Shown: piece by piece, positions 12,009 to 24,140 of the stretch
Layout of the letters: every line of letters starts with the position of its first letter
Numbering within the stretch: the stretch's first letter is position 1
Source of the DNA: Octopus bimaculoides
Lineage: Eukaryota
Reading direction: 5' to 3'
DNA length: 44,069 bases
Assembly: GCF_001194135.2 (NCBI RefSeq)
Contig: NC_068996.1
Coordinates: 3,563,825 to 3,607,893, forward strand
Notes under the pieces: generated by a model
Database searches by the model: none
What the model was told of the DNA's origin: nothing
The model's input: the letters and a program-made list of their open reading frames with translations, nothing else
Translations under genes and position numbers: made by a program

Positions 12009-12809
12009 CAGAATTCCACAAATAACAAATATCATATTTCTCCTATCCCTATGTGTTAGGCCATTATACAAAACTCGTGGAAAATGAATAATTCCAGCTT
12101 CTTCCTTTTTTTAATTTTCGCATGAAACTCCAGTGTGTCAGAAATTCAAAAGTTTGATGTCATCTCCGTTGATTTTTGTTTTTAGATCCGTTTAAAAATT
12201 AATACTTTTAAATGTCGTCACGTAAGAGAATTCCAAAATATCTAACCTTATTTGATGTTTCAAACATGTACTTTTCCACTGACACATTTGATCTATACGC
12301 TTGACCTGCCTCGATATTTTCACTTTAACTAATGTTTACTTTTAAACTTGCAATTTTGTCTATTGTGTCTTTGACATTTGATTACTAGCCAAAACAATAT
12401 CATCAGCTTAACCTAAATCTACAAAATCTTATCACGAGAGAGAATTATCTGAACTGCAAACGAGAAAGGCGATAGAACATCTGATTACAAAGTTATTTGA
12501 AAGATGAACGTCTATTTATTCAACAGCTAGTTTCGTGATGTGTTGTATCGAGTAGCTTTTCCTATTTCTTTGATAGTCCATAGTAATATAAGTACGAAGC
12601 TGTTACTTTATATACGCTACCAAACATTTTTTCACAATTAACAAAAGGTCTGTTTAATTGAGGACGCTAAAATATCACAATAGCCCGAAACCTGGATAAT
12701 GTCCATATCAAATTGTATCCTATTCGAGATAAACTGAAGACATTCAATACTATACGGCCCAGAGTTATTAACCCGTCGGTTGCTACGCGTTCCGAGATAA
12801 CTCTTTCTT

Positions 12810-12960
12810 CTTTTATTTTTTCGTATCCTAATCTTCCAATCTTCAGAAGTCTACTGGATATTACGAAACAGCTTCAATAATATGCTTATCATTTCTCAAC
12901 ATTTCTCCTGCAAATTCATCTAATCCAGATGCTTTTCCATTTTATAGGTGTGTAAGGATT
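12810..12960 (-). mobile_element. APE-type LINE (RTE-like) RT domain-0 relic
   Basis: The minus strand reads NGKASGLDEFAGEMLRN, then after a frameshift LKLFRNI..SEDWKI. This matches K.GKA.G.D.I..EMLK...P.DWK. Confidence 0.5.
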
Positions 12961-13291
12961 CTTGCCATTGTTTTAAAGATATGTCATCTACAGCGATTTG
13001 CAGCTTCACGTGTAAGTCAAGGCATATCAGAGCAATTCTTCCATCTCTATTAGAATGCTTTTCTTATCTCTATTAGAATGCTTTTTAAAATTTTACCAGT
13101 ATGTTTGTATCATATGTTATAAGTTTTCTCTCACAGGTAAAATTCTTGATCGCTTTACTTTGACTGTAATCTCATTTATCATTTAATGATAAATGAGATT
13201 GCAGGTAAGGTGTTGTCTCCATCCTTTGACTATCAGTTTCCTAGGCTTTCACACCCAAGAACTTCTTTCTTTTCTTAAACAACTTATATAT

Positions 13292-13301
13292 ACGTGTGTG
13301 T

Positions 13302-13371
<70 letters not shown>
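13292..13371. repeat. (TG)n microsatellite before gap 13372-13642
   Basis: Seen directly. Confidence 0.95.
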
Positions 13372-14572
13372 NNNNNNNNNNNNNNNNNNNNNNNNNNNNN
13401 NNNNNNNNNNNNNNNNNNNNNNNNNNNNNNNNNNNNNNNNNNNNNNNNNNNNNNNNNNNNNNNNNNNNNNNNNNNNNNNNNNNNNNNNNNNNNNNNNNNN
13501 NNNNNNNNNNNNNNNNNNNNNNNNNNNNNNNNNNNNNNNNNNNNNNNNNNNNNNNNNNNNNNNNNNNNNNNNNNNNNNNNNNNNNNNNNNNNNNNNNNNN
13601 NNNNNNNNNNNNNNNNNNNNNNNNNNNNNNNNNNNNNNNNNNATATATATTAATAAATCTGAGGGTAGCAAAATTTTTTAGAAATTCTATTTGCCACCGG
13701 TGGTCTAGCAAGAAGAAAAAATTAGTCAATAGACTATATATTATTCATTTAAAATACAATGTACATTTAAACACATCAGAGATGTCCATAATAGGACATC
13801 TAACCTGCAAGAAGGAGCAGTCAAAACTCCACACCACAAATTAGGGATAATTTCGAAAGGGAATGAAAAATAAAAACATTTACCATCTATTTTCCGAACC
13901 AATGATTTCAAGCTATATTTAGCAAAATATAATATTTTGCAAGACCGGCTATCATCAGCAGAAAAGCCAAGATTAACATATAAACACGAGGCACTCCATA
14001 GAAACATGACTTGTGCTTATATGCTATAATTTTTCAAAATCTCCCGCGCATGTGCGATTTTTCTTATCGGCAGCAAATACAAAAAGAAAATGCCGATATA
14101 CTTTCAGAAATTAGCCCAAAAGCATTTTATCATTATTAATAAATCNNNNNNNNNNNNNNNNNNNNNNNNNNNNNNNNNNNNNNNNNNNNNNNNNNNNNNN
14201 NNNNNNNNNNNNNNNNNNNNNNNNNNNNNNNNNNNNNNNNNNNNNNNNNNNNNNNNNNNNNNNNNNNNNNNNNNNNNNNNNNNNNNNNNNNNNNNNNNNN
14301 NNNNNNNNNNNNNNNNNNNNNNNNNNNNNNNNNNNNNNNNNNNNNNNNNNNNNNNNNNNNNNNNNNNNNNNNNNNNNNNNNNNNNNNNNNNNNNNNNNNN
14401 NNNNNNNNNNNNNNNNNNNNNNNNNNNNNNNNNNNNNNNNNNNNNNNNNNNNNNNNNNNNNNNNNNNNNNNNNNNNNNNNNNNNNNNNNNNNNNNNNNNN
14501 NNNNNNNNNNNNNNNNNNNNNNNNNNNNNNNNNNNNNNNNNNNNNNNNNNNNNNNNNNNNNNNNNNNNNNNN

Positions 14573-15361
14573 TTCATATTTTTTCCGTCCAAATGATTTT
14601 GAAGACTGCGGAGTAAATGATAATCAGATGGGGCAATGTCCGGCGAATATGGTGGGTGGGGCATCGTTTCCCATTGAGACAGCTCAAGCCTTTGGATTGT
14701 CATCCTCGGTGTATGTGGCCGAGCATTATCCTAATGGAAGAACACCTTTCATTTGAAACCAAAGATGATCGTTTTCCGATGGCACGCAGGTGTCGATGAA
14801 TGGTTGAATGACCAAATCCAAGATTCTCTGCTAGCTCCTCAACAGTTACGATGGGATTTTGTTCCACCAGGTTTTGCAGGATGTCCTCGCCGAGCTCTAC
14901 AGATCTTCCAGGATAAAGCTCGTCTTCTAGGCTGTAGTTTCTGGTTCGGAATTTCTGGAACCACCATTGATACTGGCTTACGCATATTGTCCGATCCTCA
15001 TATACTGCATTAATATTCCTTGCGCTTTCTGTTGCCATTGCCTTTATTGAACTCATAAAGCAAAATATGCCGAATATACTCCTTTGTCATTTCCCTTATA
15101 GCTTTGAAGAAATACCTGTTGAAATCGAACTGCACTCTTCCCGAGCTCTTCTTGGCTTATAAGGCCGATTTCTCAAATCCTGAGACGTATATACTCCCTT
15201 TCTCCATGAAGGGACGCCAGTCCATTGCAGAATTAAGAATAAACACGAAGTAAAATTACCACCAGCTTTTATAGAAAGTTGAGGCAGTTAGGTTACTCCG
15301 ACCTCCTCTAACTTTTAGTTCATGCAATTGAAAAAGCCGCATTATTTATGGGATGACCCAA
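14573..15361 (-). mobile_element. Mariner element with an internal deletion; left end presumably inside gap 14146-14572
   Basis: Right TIR GCCGCATTATTTATGGGATGACCCAA is followed by TA (15362-63). Transposase relics: EMTKEYIRHILLYEFNKG, WFQKFR, GRSVEL, HRHLRAIGK, H*DNARPHT, PHPPYSPDIAPSDYHL. Confidence 0.9.
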
Positions 15362-15663
15362 TATATATTAGGCAAAGAGCAAAGAATATAAGCGACACTA
15401 GAGAGATAGGTTTTAATAAATGTGTTGATTTAACTCTTAAAAGGAAGGGATATAATCTTCACGTTTCAGACGGTAGTACTTCAACCCCACAAAAACACAA
15501 AAAATGAAAAATATAGAGGAGAAAAGGTAGTGGGAAAAACAAAGAAAAAGTTTAAGGTTTAGGTGTGGATGGGGTTTCAATGAGATAAAAGGAAAGGCGG
15601 AGGAGATGGTATGATGCGTGCATATGTAGGAGGGTATCATTATATAGAGATGTGTATAGAGGT

Positions 15664-15694
<31 letters not shown>
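15664..15694. repeat. (GT)n microsatellite
   Basis: Seen directly. Confidence 0.9.
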
Positions 15695-15697
<3 letters not shown>

Positions 15698-17189
15698 GTC
15701 GTATAGGATGCGCTTAGTTTCTTGGGCTGCGTGTAGATGTGCCAGTGTGGGAGTGTAAGGATGTGTCACTGTGCGGGTGTGAGTAGGTGTAATCGTATTC
15801 TATTCGAAATGAAGACTTGGCGAAGAAGAATGCGATAGATGTGATAGGGAGGTAAAAGAGAAGCTAAAAGACTGAAGAAAACTGTATAGGTAGAGAAAAA
15901 GGAAAGAAAAAATGTAACATATATAATAAAATGAAAAACACATTTAAAAAACGATAGTAAAATTGTGAGGTAATAACACCAGTAGAAGTCACGAGTCATG
16001 TATCAGACAAAAGTAATAAAGGTTCGGATAAGACATTGCTGTAGCACTGGGCAGAGAGAGAAAAGTAAAAGGTGAAAGAAAAGGGGAAATATTTTACTAC
16101 TCAACGCTGAAGAAAAAAACATTTTTTTCTATATGAAAGAAAAAATAAGAAAGGAAAAACAAAAAAAGAAATTAAATTGTAACAAGGACGAAGTATAGTT
16201 ATATTTTAAAAAAGGAATTTTGAAAAAAAATGGATGTTACATAGATAATGAGCCCTAAATCCAGTAGTGAATTTCAGGTGTGAATACGCAGTGAAGAATT
16301 TCTAACAAACTAAAAGAACAGGTGTTACAACGGGTGTTCTTCCGCCACATCATGGAGGCAGAGGAGGAACAACTGATGGAGGAGGTATGTAGAGAGCAAA
16401 ACAAGGGGAGATTATAAAATGAGTGCATGTGTGTATATCAATGCATGATTTTTAATGCGTGCATACATGTGTGAGTCTATATATATTAGAGCGGGCATGG
16501 GTGTGTGTGTGAGGTCAGAAGAGTTTGAAGAAAGATTTCGAATGAAATTTGTGGGTGTGTTTGTATGTAATTTTTTGCGTGTATATGTTTATTTCTATGT
16601 GTGCACGTGCATGTGTTTATATAGTTGTACTTGCATATATGGTACATGTACGTGTGCTTGTTTGTGCTGTGTGTGAGTTGGGCAAATTCAGATCAAGCCA
16701 GACCAATTGTCAAGCAAAGTAAGAGCGTCGATTGGAAGCAAGGTATGTGAGTGAGTGAGTGAGGAATTGTGTGTATGTGTGTGTGAAAGAAAATTGGAAG
16801 GTTCTAATACAGATACGTGCTTATAAGTTTGTATATGGACATGTGTGTGTATGTGTGTGAAATGTGTACTGGACAAATAGTAAATGTATGTGGGCATATG
16901 CATCTTGGGGAGAGAGTGTATGTAAACATATACATATGTGTGGACGTGCTGGTGTGCGTGAAATGTTGAAGTGGAAAGAAGGTGAATGGGTAAGGTACGT
17001 ACGTATGAGTTATGAAGGTGTGGGTTGGCAGTAGGTTTATCAGTTAATGCAAGAAGTGTGAATGTAGCTGTATAGAGGGTAAGTAATGGGTATGGGTTTG
17101 AGTTGTGGGAGGTCAGGAGAGTGTGGTGTAAGAGGGTAATTTGGGAGCGGCGCATGGGGAGGGAAAATAAGCTGAGAGATCGGCTAGGG

Positions 17190-17790
17190 AGTGAAGAATT
17201 GAGACCATAAGAACAATAGGTTAGGGGTCTCCTCTGGAGGTGACATGTGGGAGAGCCAGATGTAGTTGCCATGCAGTAGACCGAGATGTGTTAGGTTGAA
17301 TGGTCGGTGGAGCTTAAATGTCTAGAGAAATAAAACTAGTTGCCCAGTCTTTGAGGTGCTCCATGAACCTACCAGCCAGTCGGTGGCCGGCTGGCAAAAT
17401 ATAGGGATAATTTTGAATAGGATAATGAACTACATTGATAAGGCAGGTGGAAGTGCAGCAGAAGGAGACATTTATATGGAAAGTTTTGCAGTGAGGTCTG
17501 ATAAGAGAATTTGCTTTAGAAAGGGAAGCGGCATGTATGAGAGTGGGATGCGCTGGCAGAGAAGCGAAAAGGGAAAGGGTTCGAGTGTAAGAGAAGAGGA
17601 GCTACGAATAATGTGGTGATGGGTGGAAGGGGGAAGAGGAAAAAACTGAAGGTGGCAGAACCAGATTGAAGGTGATGAAAGAGGTGGAGAATGGGGAATT
17701 GTAGGGCCAGAATAGTAGGATGCTAGGTAAGAGAAAAGTGGATGCGTTGTGTGGGATTTCGGATGTGGAATGTAAGGGTCGAGGTGTTGT
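17190..17790 (-). mobile_element. Decayed Penelope-like element (Neptune/Poseidon-type) thumb-linker plus GIY-YIG region
   Basis: Minus-strand frames: RIHFSLT*HPT..LQFPILHLFHHLQSG (cf. RIP..LTYHP...HF..LQ.D); IRPHCKTFHINVSFCCTSTCLI (cf. GP..F.I...FTC.S..LIY); GHRLAGRFMEHLKD; SRHLSSTDHS; SYGLNS (cf. P.GLN). Confidence 0.6.
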
Positions 17791-18120
17791 TAATGTCACG
17801 GGCGTGTGAGTGGATAAGGGTGAGTGTTAATACGTTAAATGAAGAGACGGGTGATTTGTTGAGCCTGCGTTTGAAAGTCATGGTTGCAGCAGCAGAGGCG
17901 CCAGAGACGAAGATACTGGGATAAAAAGACAGAGCGCTTGGTGTGGGTTGATTCGTGCATGTGTGTGTGTGTGTGTAGGTTGTGGATAGAAGTATATACT
18001 GCAATATATTTATGTTGCATATGTAATAGCGTACATTTCTGACGTATTTATCGCAGAAAAACATAACACGATTTCTTAATTTCACAAATGCACATATTTT
18101 CTTAATATTTTATATTCATT

Positions 18121-18306
18121 AGACTGCGAGCTGGCAGAAACGTTAGCATGCTAGGCGACGTTCTGAGTTCAAATTCCACTGACGTCGACTTTGCCTTTCA
18201 TCTTTTCGGAATCGATAAATTAAGTACCAGTTGCGTGCTGAGGTCGTTCTAATCGACTGCACCCTCCCCCAAAATATGGGGCCTTGTGGCTAGAGTAGAA
18301 AAGAAT
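18121..18306 (+). mobile_element. tRNA-derived SINE, family A, with an internal deletion
   Basis: A-box-like TGGCAGAAACGTTAG, B-box-like GAGTTCAAATTCC and body TTGCCTTTCATC..TCGATAAATTAAGTACCAG are shared with the copies at 20808, 29178 and 39396. Confidence 0.9.
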
Positions 18307-19346
18307 ATTTATATTCAGGGAACAATTAAACGTTCGCTTTCAAGAATTTATTTTTCACTACCTCTACAGAAACGTTTTGAGCTCTCTAAATCTCTTCAGA
18401 ACTGGTATCTGTAACGTCAGTATTAACTTGTATTCGATACTCGAAGTTTTCTTTGAAATGTATTTTTGAAATACAAATCATTTGTGAATTCAATAGCCAT
18501 TGACACTGACCTTTCACAAGTATATATTGAACGCTGTGATGTTGACACATGTGTATACATATGAGAAAAATAATTATTGAATTGACCCCTTGTTGCCCCC
18601 TGATCTTATTAACTTTAAAAGAATCATATGTGCATATATGTTGAAGAAAGAATGACTATTAGTTGCCTTCTCTTCTCTTAGACACTCTTTCTCGCCCTCT
18701 TCTAACACTCCGGCAGCACGTCGTTAGAATATAATTTATCCGACATAAATTTTATTTAGAAGTAAGGTATAGTGAGCTTAACCATCACATCCCGTGTTAC
18801 AAGAGGCAGATAGAAAACAGTACTTGCCATAAATTTTGATGTTATACGCCAAAATGTCCTGAAAACAGGATATAAATGATTGCTTTATTACATGGCCTAG
18901 ATCTGATTTAGCAACAAGTCAAATTCTCGAATGAGTACACTCTCCCCGCCACAAATATATTCTAAAGAGGCTGAAATGCCCATGTTGCTCCTCCTGGCCA
19001 ATGCTGGGGCGAATTTTACTCTAGTTAATATTTATTTATTATTTTTGTTACCACAGCAACTTTTTAAAAGATGTCATAAGACAAATACTGCAATAACAGG
19101 ACTATCAAAGGTGTGCATACAGTATGTATGCTACATAGATGGTTTTTGTATATGTGTATATATACATTGATAAATACATTGTAATAGAATCAACTATGTA
19201 TATGAGTACAATTAAGAGGAAGTCATGCGTACGTGTTAGTATAAGAATGTAGCGATTTTGAGTGTGTAAGGATAGGCGGGTAGTTATATTGTTTGAATAT
19301 ATGTGAAAGTATGGATATGTTATATGTATTAGTTTGTATGGTTGGT

Positions 19347-19347
<1 letters not shown>

Positions 19348-19390
<43 letters not shown>
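19348..19390. repeat. (TA)n microsatellite
   Basis: Seen directly. Confidence 0.95.
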
Positions 19391-19395
<5 letters not shown>

Positions 19396-19865
19396 TTTCA
19401 GAATGAGATTAAAATAAAACACGGCTGTGAAGATTTTAGAACGTTTATAAATAGGTCTTACAGCTGTTTCCAGGATATTTGTTATATCCCTTCATCGGAG
19501 ACGGTGTGAGAAAATGGTTAAGCAATGGTTTATTTAGATAAGATACGAAATAGAGAGTGAAGTGGGGGAATGAAAATAGACGTGAGATATGCAGGGATAT
19601 TGTATTTGTAGATCCATTATTTAGGCAGAATGGTATACATATAAGATTCCAATACCTTGTGAATAAATTGAAATAATATTTAAAATTGGTCATTCCAAGT
19701 AGAGTTTAATATACAGTGCTATTGAATCAAGGATTTTATTTAAAGTGAACATACGAATCCAGAAGAAGAGGGCTGGCATGTCTCAACAAAGACCTGGAAG
19801 AGAATTACTTAACATACCACATGAGGGTTATTCCTGTAAAATAGAGACAATATCAACATGAAGAA

Positions 19866-20063
19866 AAGTGACGAGTTGGCGGAGTCGTTACCGCGCCGGG
19901 TAATATGCTTAGCAGCATTTGTCCGTCCTTATGTTCTGAATTCATATCCCGTCAAGATTACCTTTGCCCTTTATCCTTCTGGGACCGATAAAATAGGAGT
20001 GGACGTAATCGACTTACCATCTCCCACGACATTGCTGGCCTTGTGCTAACATTTAAAATCAAT
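19866..20063 (+). mobile_element. SINE family A, older diverged copy
   Basis: GAGTTGGCGGAGTCGTTA..GCTTAGCAGCATTT..GTTCTGAATTCATATCCC..TTTGCCCTTTATCCTTC..GATAAAATA..GTAATCGACTTAC aligns by eye with the other copies. Confidence 0.75.
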
Positions 20064-20621
20064 GTCCAAAATATTTACAACCTCAAAAAGTTAATTATTA
20101 TAGTTTGTGGCCAAAGGATATGTTCATACTAAACAACTGAGCGTGGGGAAAAATGTACTCCCGAAACAAAATCTTCGTGCCAAAGATCTCACTATCTCCT
20201 CTTTTATACGAAACGAGAGCTAGCAAAAATCTATGTACTACAAAGGTATTGTAAACAAGCATAGAGTATCCAAAGAATAAAATAGATGTGGCACTTAGAG
20301 CTTTCCTCCAACATGACAATATCCTACAAAGCGTTTGAAATACCCGTGTTGATAACGAACATTCGAAACACTCGATTGGTTTATAGAGGAAATTCACTTT
20401 GCAGACATTAAAACCTGTAAGATCCTGACATTGGGTGCAAATTTCCACAGAAACAGCGATATTGATAATCTCTGTGTGAGAAAAAAAGAGGGAGGTAGAG
20501 GCTTAAAATCTGTGCAGACAGCTTTCGACTGACGTATGATATCGCTCAGGCAGTACCTGCAAAAAACAGCAGCAAAAATAAATATATCAACCAATTACGT
20601 TGAAATGAGGCGAACAATATG
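20062..20621 (+). mobile_element. R4/Dong-like LINE fragment (RT6-7 linker to post-RT), inverted relative to its 5' partner
   Basis: Reads KDLTISS..YKGIVNKHRVSKE..RIK*MWHLELSS..AFEIPVL..DIKTCKILT..FHRNSDIDNLCVRKKEGGRGLKS. Confidence 0.8.
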
Positions 20622-21420
20622 AAGAGGAAATAGTGAGATCTTTGACACAAATATTTTGGTTCGGGGGTACACGTTTCCCACACTCAGTTGTTTAGAATGA
20701 ACATATCTTTTGGTCAGAAACTATAATAATTAAATTTTCGCGGTTGTAAATATTTTGGACATAGTCACTTAGTCTATGAAAACATACGGGGTAATATTAG
20801 CATATCTAAGGTAGCGAGCTGGCAGAATGGTCAGCACACCGGGCAAAATACTTAGCGGCATTTCGTCCGTCTTTACGTTCTGAGTTCAAATTCTACTGCG
20901 ATCCACTGTGGCTTTTATCCTTTCAAGATCAATAACATAAGTACCAGTAGAACACTGGGGTCAACATAATCGATTCAACTCTCCCTGAAATTTCTGGCCT
21001 TTTGCTAAAAGTTGAAACCAATATTAGCGTGTCTTGCTTTTGAAAACCATAGGATATAGTCAGCGGATTTTCTTAGCAAAGACGGTGGGTTTGTATCCAA
21101 AATAAACAGGAGGACTGTTAGACTCTCACCTTTAAATATTTCCGTTGAAATAATGACATCAGTAGCAGTTGATGCATGTTCAGTTACAAATGTGAGGATT
21201 GTAGACCAAACGATCAGGTAATGTTGCAAGCTGTAGTGATTTCAGCAGCCTTGAATATAGGATAGAGATAAATACACTTCTATGATCAAGCCGCAAGTTT
21301 CCTGCAGTGCTTATTTCCTCAAGCAGAACACAGCTTTGTGTGCCAAAGGTTGTTCGGCTCATCCAAAAACACCTTCTTTCCACCCGCCTGGTCTGTTCGT
21401 TCGTGACTATACCAATAGAC
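20622..21420 (-). mobile_element. R4/Dong-like LINE RT fragment (RT2-RT5 and linker), interrupted by a SINE
   Basis: Minus strand: DHRSVFISILYSRLLKSL (cf. DYRKAFDS.PHSWL); EIFKGESLTVLLFIL (cf. GIFQGDSLSPLLF); beyond the SINE, NITPYVFID (cf. ITH..F.DD); then KICSF*TTECGKRV..ICVKDLTISS. Confidence 0.7.
20808..21026 (+). mobile_element. SINE family A, full length
   Basis: Runs from AAGGTAGCGAGCTGGCAGAATGG through GAGTTCAAATTC and AAGTACCAG..CTGGGGTCAA to a GTTGAAACCAATATTA tail. Confidence 0.9.
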
Positions 21421-21982
21421 ACGCCATGGTTTTGTAAACAGTGGCTGCTTATCTCTGAAGTGCTTTAAACTTGTATGTATATACACACATACATATGTAT
21501 TCATGTATGAACAAGCAAACTTAAGGCATTTCTCTTAATTTTTAGTTTCCTAGTGGCAAGGTTGTAAACAAGAGGAAATTGTTGTCATCTCTTGTGTAAG
21601 TGTTTATCGCTTGAATCGTAAGAACATTTACCAAAAGTTTGAAGATTCCAGATATCGCAGCCATTTGTAGGTTATAAATTAAGGAGCTACATTCTTTCGA
21701 CACAAACTCTAGTTCAGTTATATTATGGTCCAGTCGTGTTGGTACATAACCTGTAGTTATGTACCAACCTGTAGTTCCAACAATATCCATATATGTGCGT
21801 ATTTGTATGTATGCATATTTTTCTGCATGAATGTATATGCATCTGTGTTTGTATGCATGTTTGTATGCATATATATATGTACGAATGTATATGCATCCGT
21901 GTTTGTGTATATGGGCTTCAGCACAAGCATATATTAACAACTCCCTGACTTGTGATCAGCAGCAATTTCAAGAGTGTAAATA

Positions 21983-23271
21983 CCAGATCATCCCATAAGT
22001 TCTCTCCCAAATTTTGAATAAAGAAAACAAGTGATCAAATGCTATATCTAATTAACATTTAATCATCAGTATACTTTCCCTCATTATCTATTAATTCCTT
22101 CCATCTATTTACAAGCTTTTTAATCCCATCAATGTAACATTCTTTTAGTTTCAAAGCGAAGAACTCTGAAATGTCAGTTTCAACCCTCCTCCTGGCTTCA
22201 GAAAGTTATGTCCCCCAAATGATTTTGTAAACTACGAAACAAATGGTAGTCTGAAGGAGCAAAGTTGGGAGAATAAGGTGGATGAGGAATTCTTTCCCAA
22301 CCAAGCTCTTCGATCTTCGGTGATGTGATCTTTGCAGTGTGGGGTTACGCATTGTCCTGATGAAACATCACTCCTTTTCGACTCCCTAAAGCGGGTCTTT
22401 TTTCCTTCAAAGCTTGGTTCAAACGCTCTAATTGCTGACAGTGGACTTGAGCATTGATTGTTGCATTAGGTAGTAACAATTCAAAGTGAATTATTCCTTT
22501 GCAATCCCACCAGATAAAGAGAAGAACCTTTTTCCCATGAAGTTTCCTTCGCGGTTTTAGTTGAGCTTTTTCCTTTTTACCAAGCTACTATTTACGACAT
22601 TTAATATTTCGATAGCAGAGTCATTTTTCGTCACCAGTTACAGGTCTATCCAATAAGGGTGAAATGTGTTCGCGAGAATGAAGAAAAGAGCAGATGTCAA
22701 CTCGGGATTTGCAATTGCTTTCGGACAATTCATGAGGCACCCATTTTCCAAGTTTAGGAACCTTTCCAAGTTGTTGAAGATGACGATGAACAGTTGTATA
22801 GTTTGAAGTAAGCTTTATTGCCAATTCTTCAACTGATAATGTAGGATTTTCTTCGAGTAATGCCTCAAGGATCTTATCATCAAACTCAACTGGACGTCGT
22901 GTTCGATCTTCATCTTCAAGGCTGAAATCTCCACTTCTGAATTTTGCGAACCATCTTCTGCAAGTTCTTTTATTCAAGCATTCTTTCCCATAAACTGAGT
23001 GGATATTTCGAGTCGTTTCGATTGCAGAGTTTCCTTTTTTGTACTCATAAAGCATTATGTACCTCAAATGCTCTTTGGATACTTCCATGTTAGAAAAGGT
23101 TTTAATCAAAGGAATTTTAATTCTATTATTCTGTAAAATAATATTTAATTATTTTAAATGTACACAAATGCATAAAAATAATTTTAATTTCATTAGACAA
23201 TCTAAAATACTATTAAATTTCATTCAATTTAAAAATAGGTAAAATCGGACAGAACTTATGGGACGACCTGA
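21983..23271 (-). mobile_element. Full-length (1289 bp) mariner, DD34D, with pseudogenised transposase
   Basis: The left TIR CCAGATCATCCCATAAGTTCTCTCC matches the right TIR (revcomp TCAGGTCGTCCCATAAGTTCTGTCC). TA flanks both ends (21981-82, 23272-73). Confidence 0.95.
22059..23088 (-). pseudogene. Mariner transposase pseudogene (~343 codons; stops and one frameshift)
   Basis: MEVSKEHLR..WVPHEL..TGDEK*..LHGKKV..WWD..HQDNA*PH..PHPPYSPNFAPSDYHLF..GKYTDD*. There are 34 residues between the second and third catalytic D. Confidence 0.9.
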
Positions 23272-23569
23272 TAGTTTTTACATTCCTGACACCGATAATC
23301 TAATATGTCAAATAAACTTGCGTAAAATAAAAATTTAACGGCGCTGTTGATAAATGAAAACAATAATCGATATTGATTAACCTACTTCGAAGTATTTAAT
23401 TTTCGTAAAGGAAAATTTGGGTAGCTAAATTATATATATGCTTCAGATTACATTCAAACTACGAGCGGAAGTGACATGAAACTTATGCACATGTGTTGTA
23501 AAAAATGCCCAGAAGACACGAAAGGAGGAAAACATTAAATGTACATGCGCAATCACCCCACCCCATATA

Positions 23570-23640
23570 TATGTGTATGTATGTATTATGTATGTATGCA
23601 TGTATGTATGTATGTATGTTTGTATATATGTATCTATGTA

Positions 23641-23701
<61 letters not shown>

Positions 23702-23808
23702 NNNNNNNNNNNNNNNNNNNNNNNNNNNNNNNNNNNNNNNNNNNNNNNNNNNNNNNNNNNNNNNNNNNNNNNNNNNNNNNNNGTGTGTGTGTGTGTGTGT
23801 GTGTGTGT
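23570..23808. repeat. (TGTA)n/(TA)n/(GT)n tracts around gap 23702-23782
   Basis: Seen directly. Confidence 0.9.
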
Positions 23809-24140
23809 GGAGGCGCAATGGCCCAGTGGTTAGGGCAGCGGACTCACGATCATACGATTGCGGTTTCGATTTCCAGACCGGGCGTTGTGAGTGTTTATTG
23901 AGCGAAAACATCTAAAAGCTCTTTCACCAGAACTTTCTCTCACTCTTACTTCCTGTTTCTGTTGTACCTGTATTTCAAAGGGCCAGCCTTCTCACAATGT
24001 GTCACGCTGAATGTCCTTGAGAACTACGTTAAGGGTACACGTGTCTGTGGAGTGCTCAGCCACTTGCACGTTAATTTCACGAGCAGGCTGTTCTGTCGAT
24101 CGGATCAACTGGAACCCACGATGCCAACAACAACAACAAT
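23809..24140 (+). mobile_element. tRNA-derived SINE, family B, with (CAA)n tail
   Basis: tRNA-like head GGAGGCGCAATGGCCCAGTGGTTAGGGCAGCGGACT..GGTTTCGATTTCC (A and B boxes), a non-tRNA body, and an ending in CAACAACAACAAC. Confidence 0.8.

Noticed and set aside
13043-13085. 20-bp tandem duplication ATCTCTATTAGAATGCTTTT
   Set aside because: An ordinary local slippage duplication; two copies do not make an array.
15440-15500. Minus-strand GTTGAAG..CTGAAACGT resembling a hammerhead
   Set aside because: Only a 2-bp stem II, a broken core and no stem I.
20062-20762. Pack-type DNA transposon (TIRs capturing a LINE piece)
   Set aside because: The inverted arms themselves translate as LINE RT linker and are contiguous with LINE sequence on both strands. 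No TSD is seen.
23809-23880. tRNA-like sequence as a tRNA gene
   Set aside because: It has no acceptor-stem closure and continues into a SINE body and tail.
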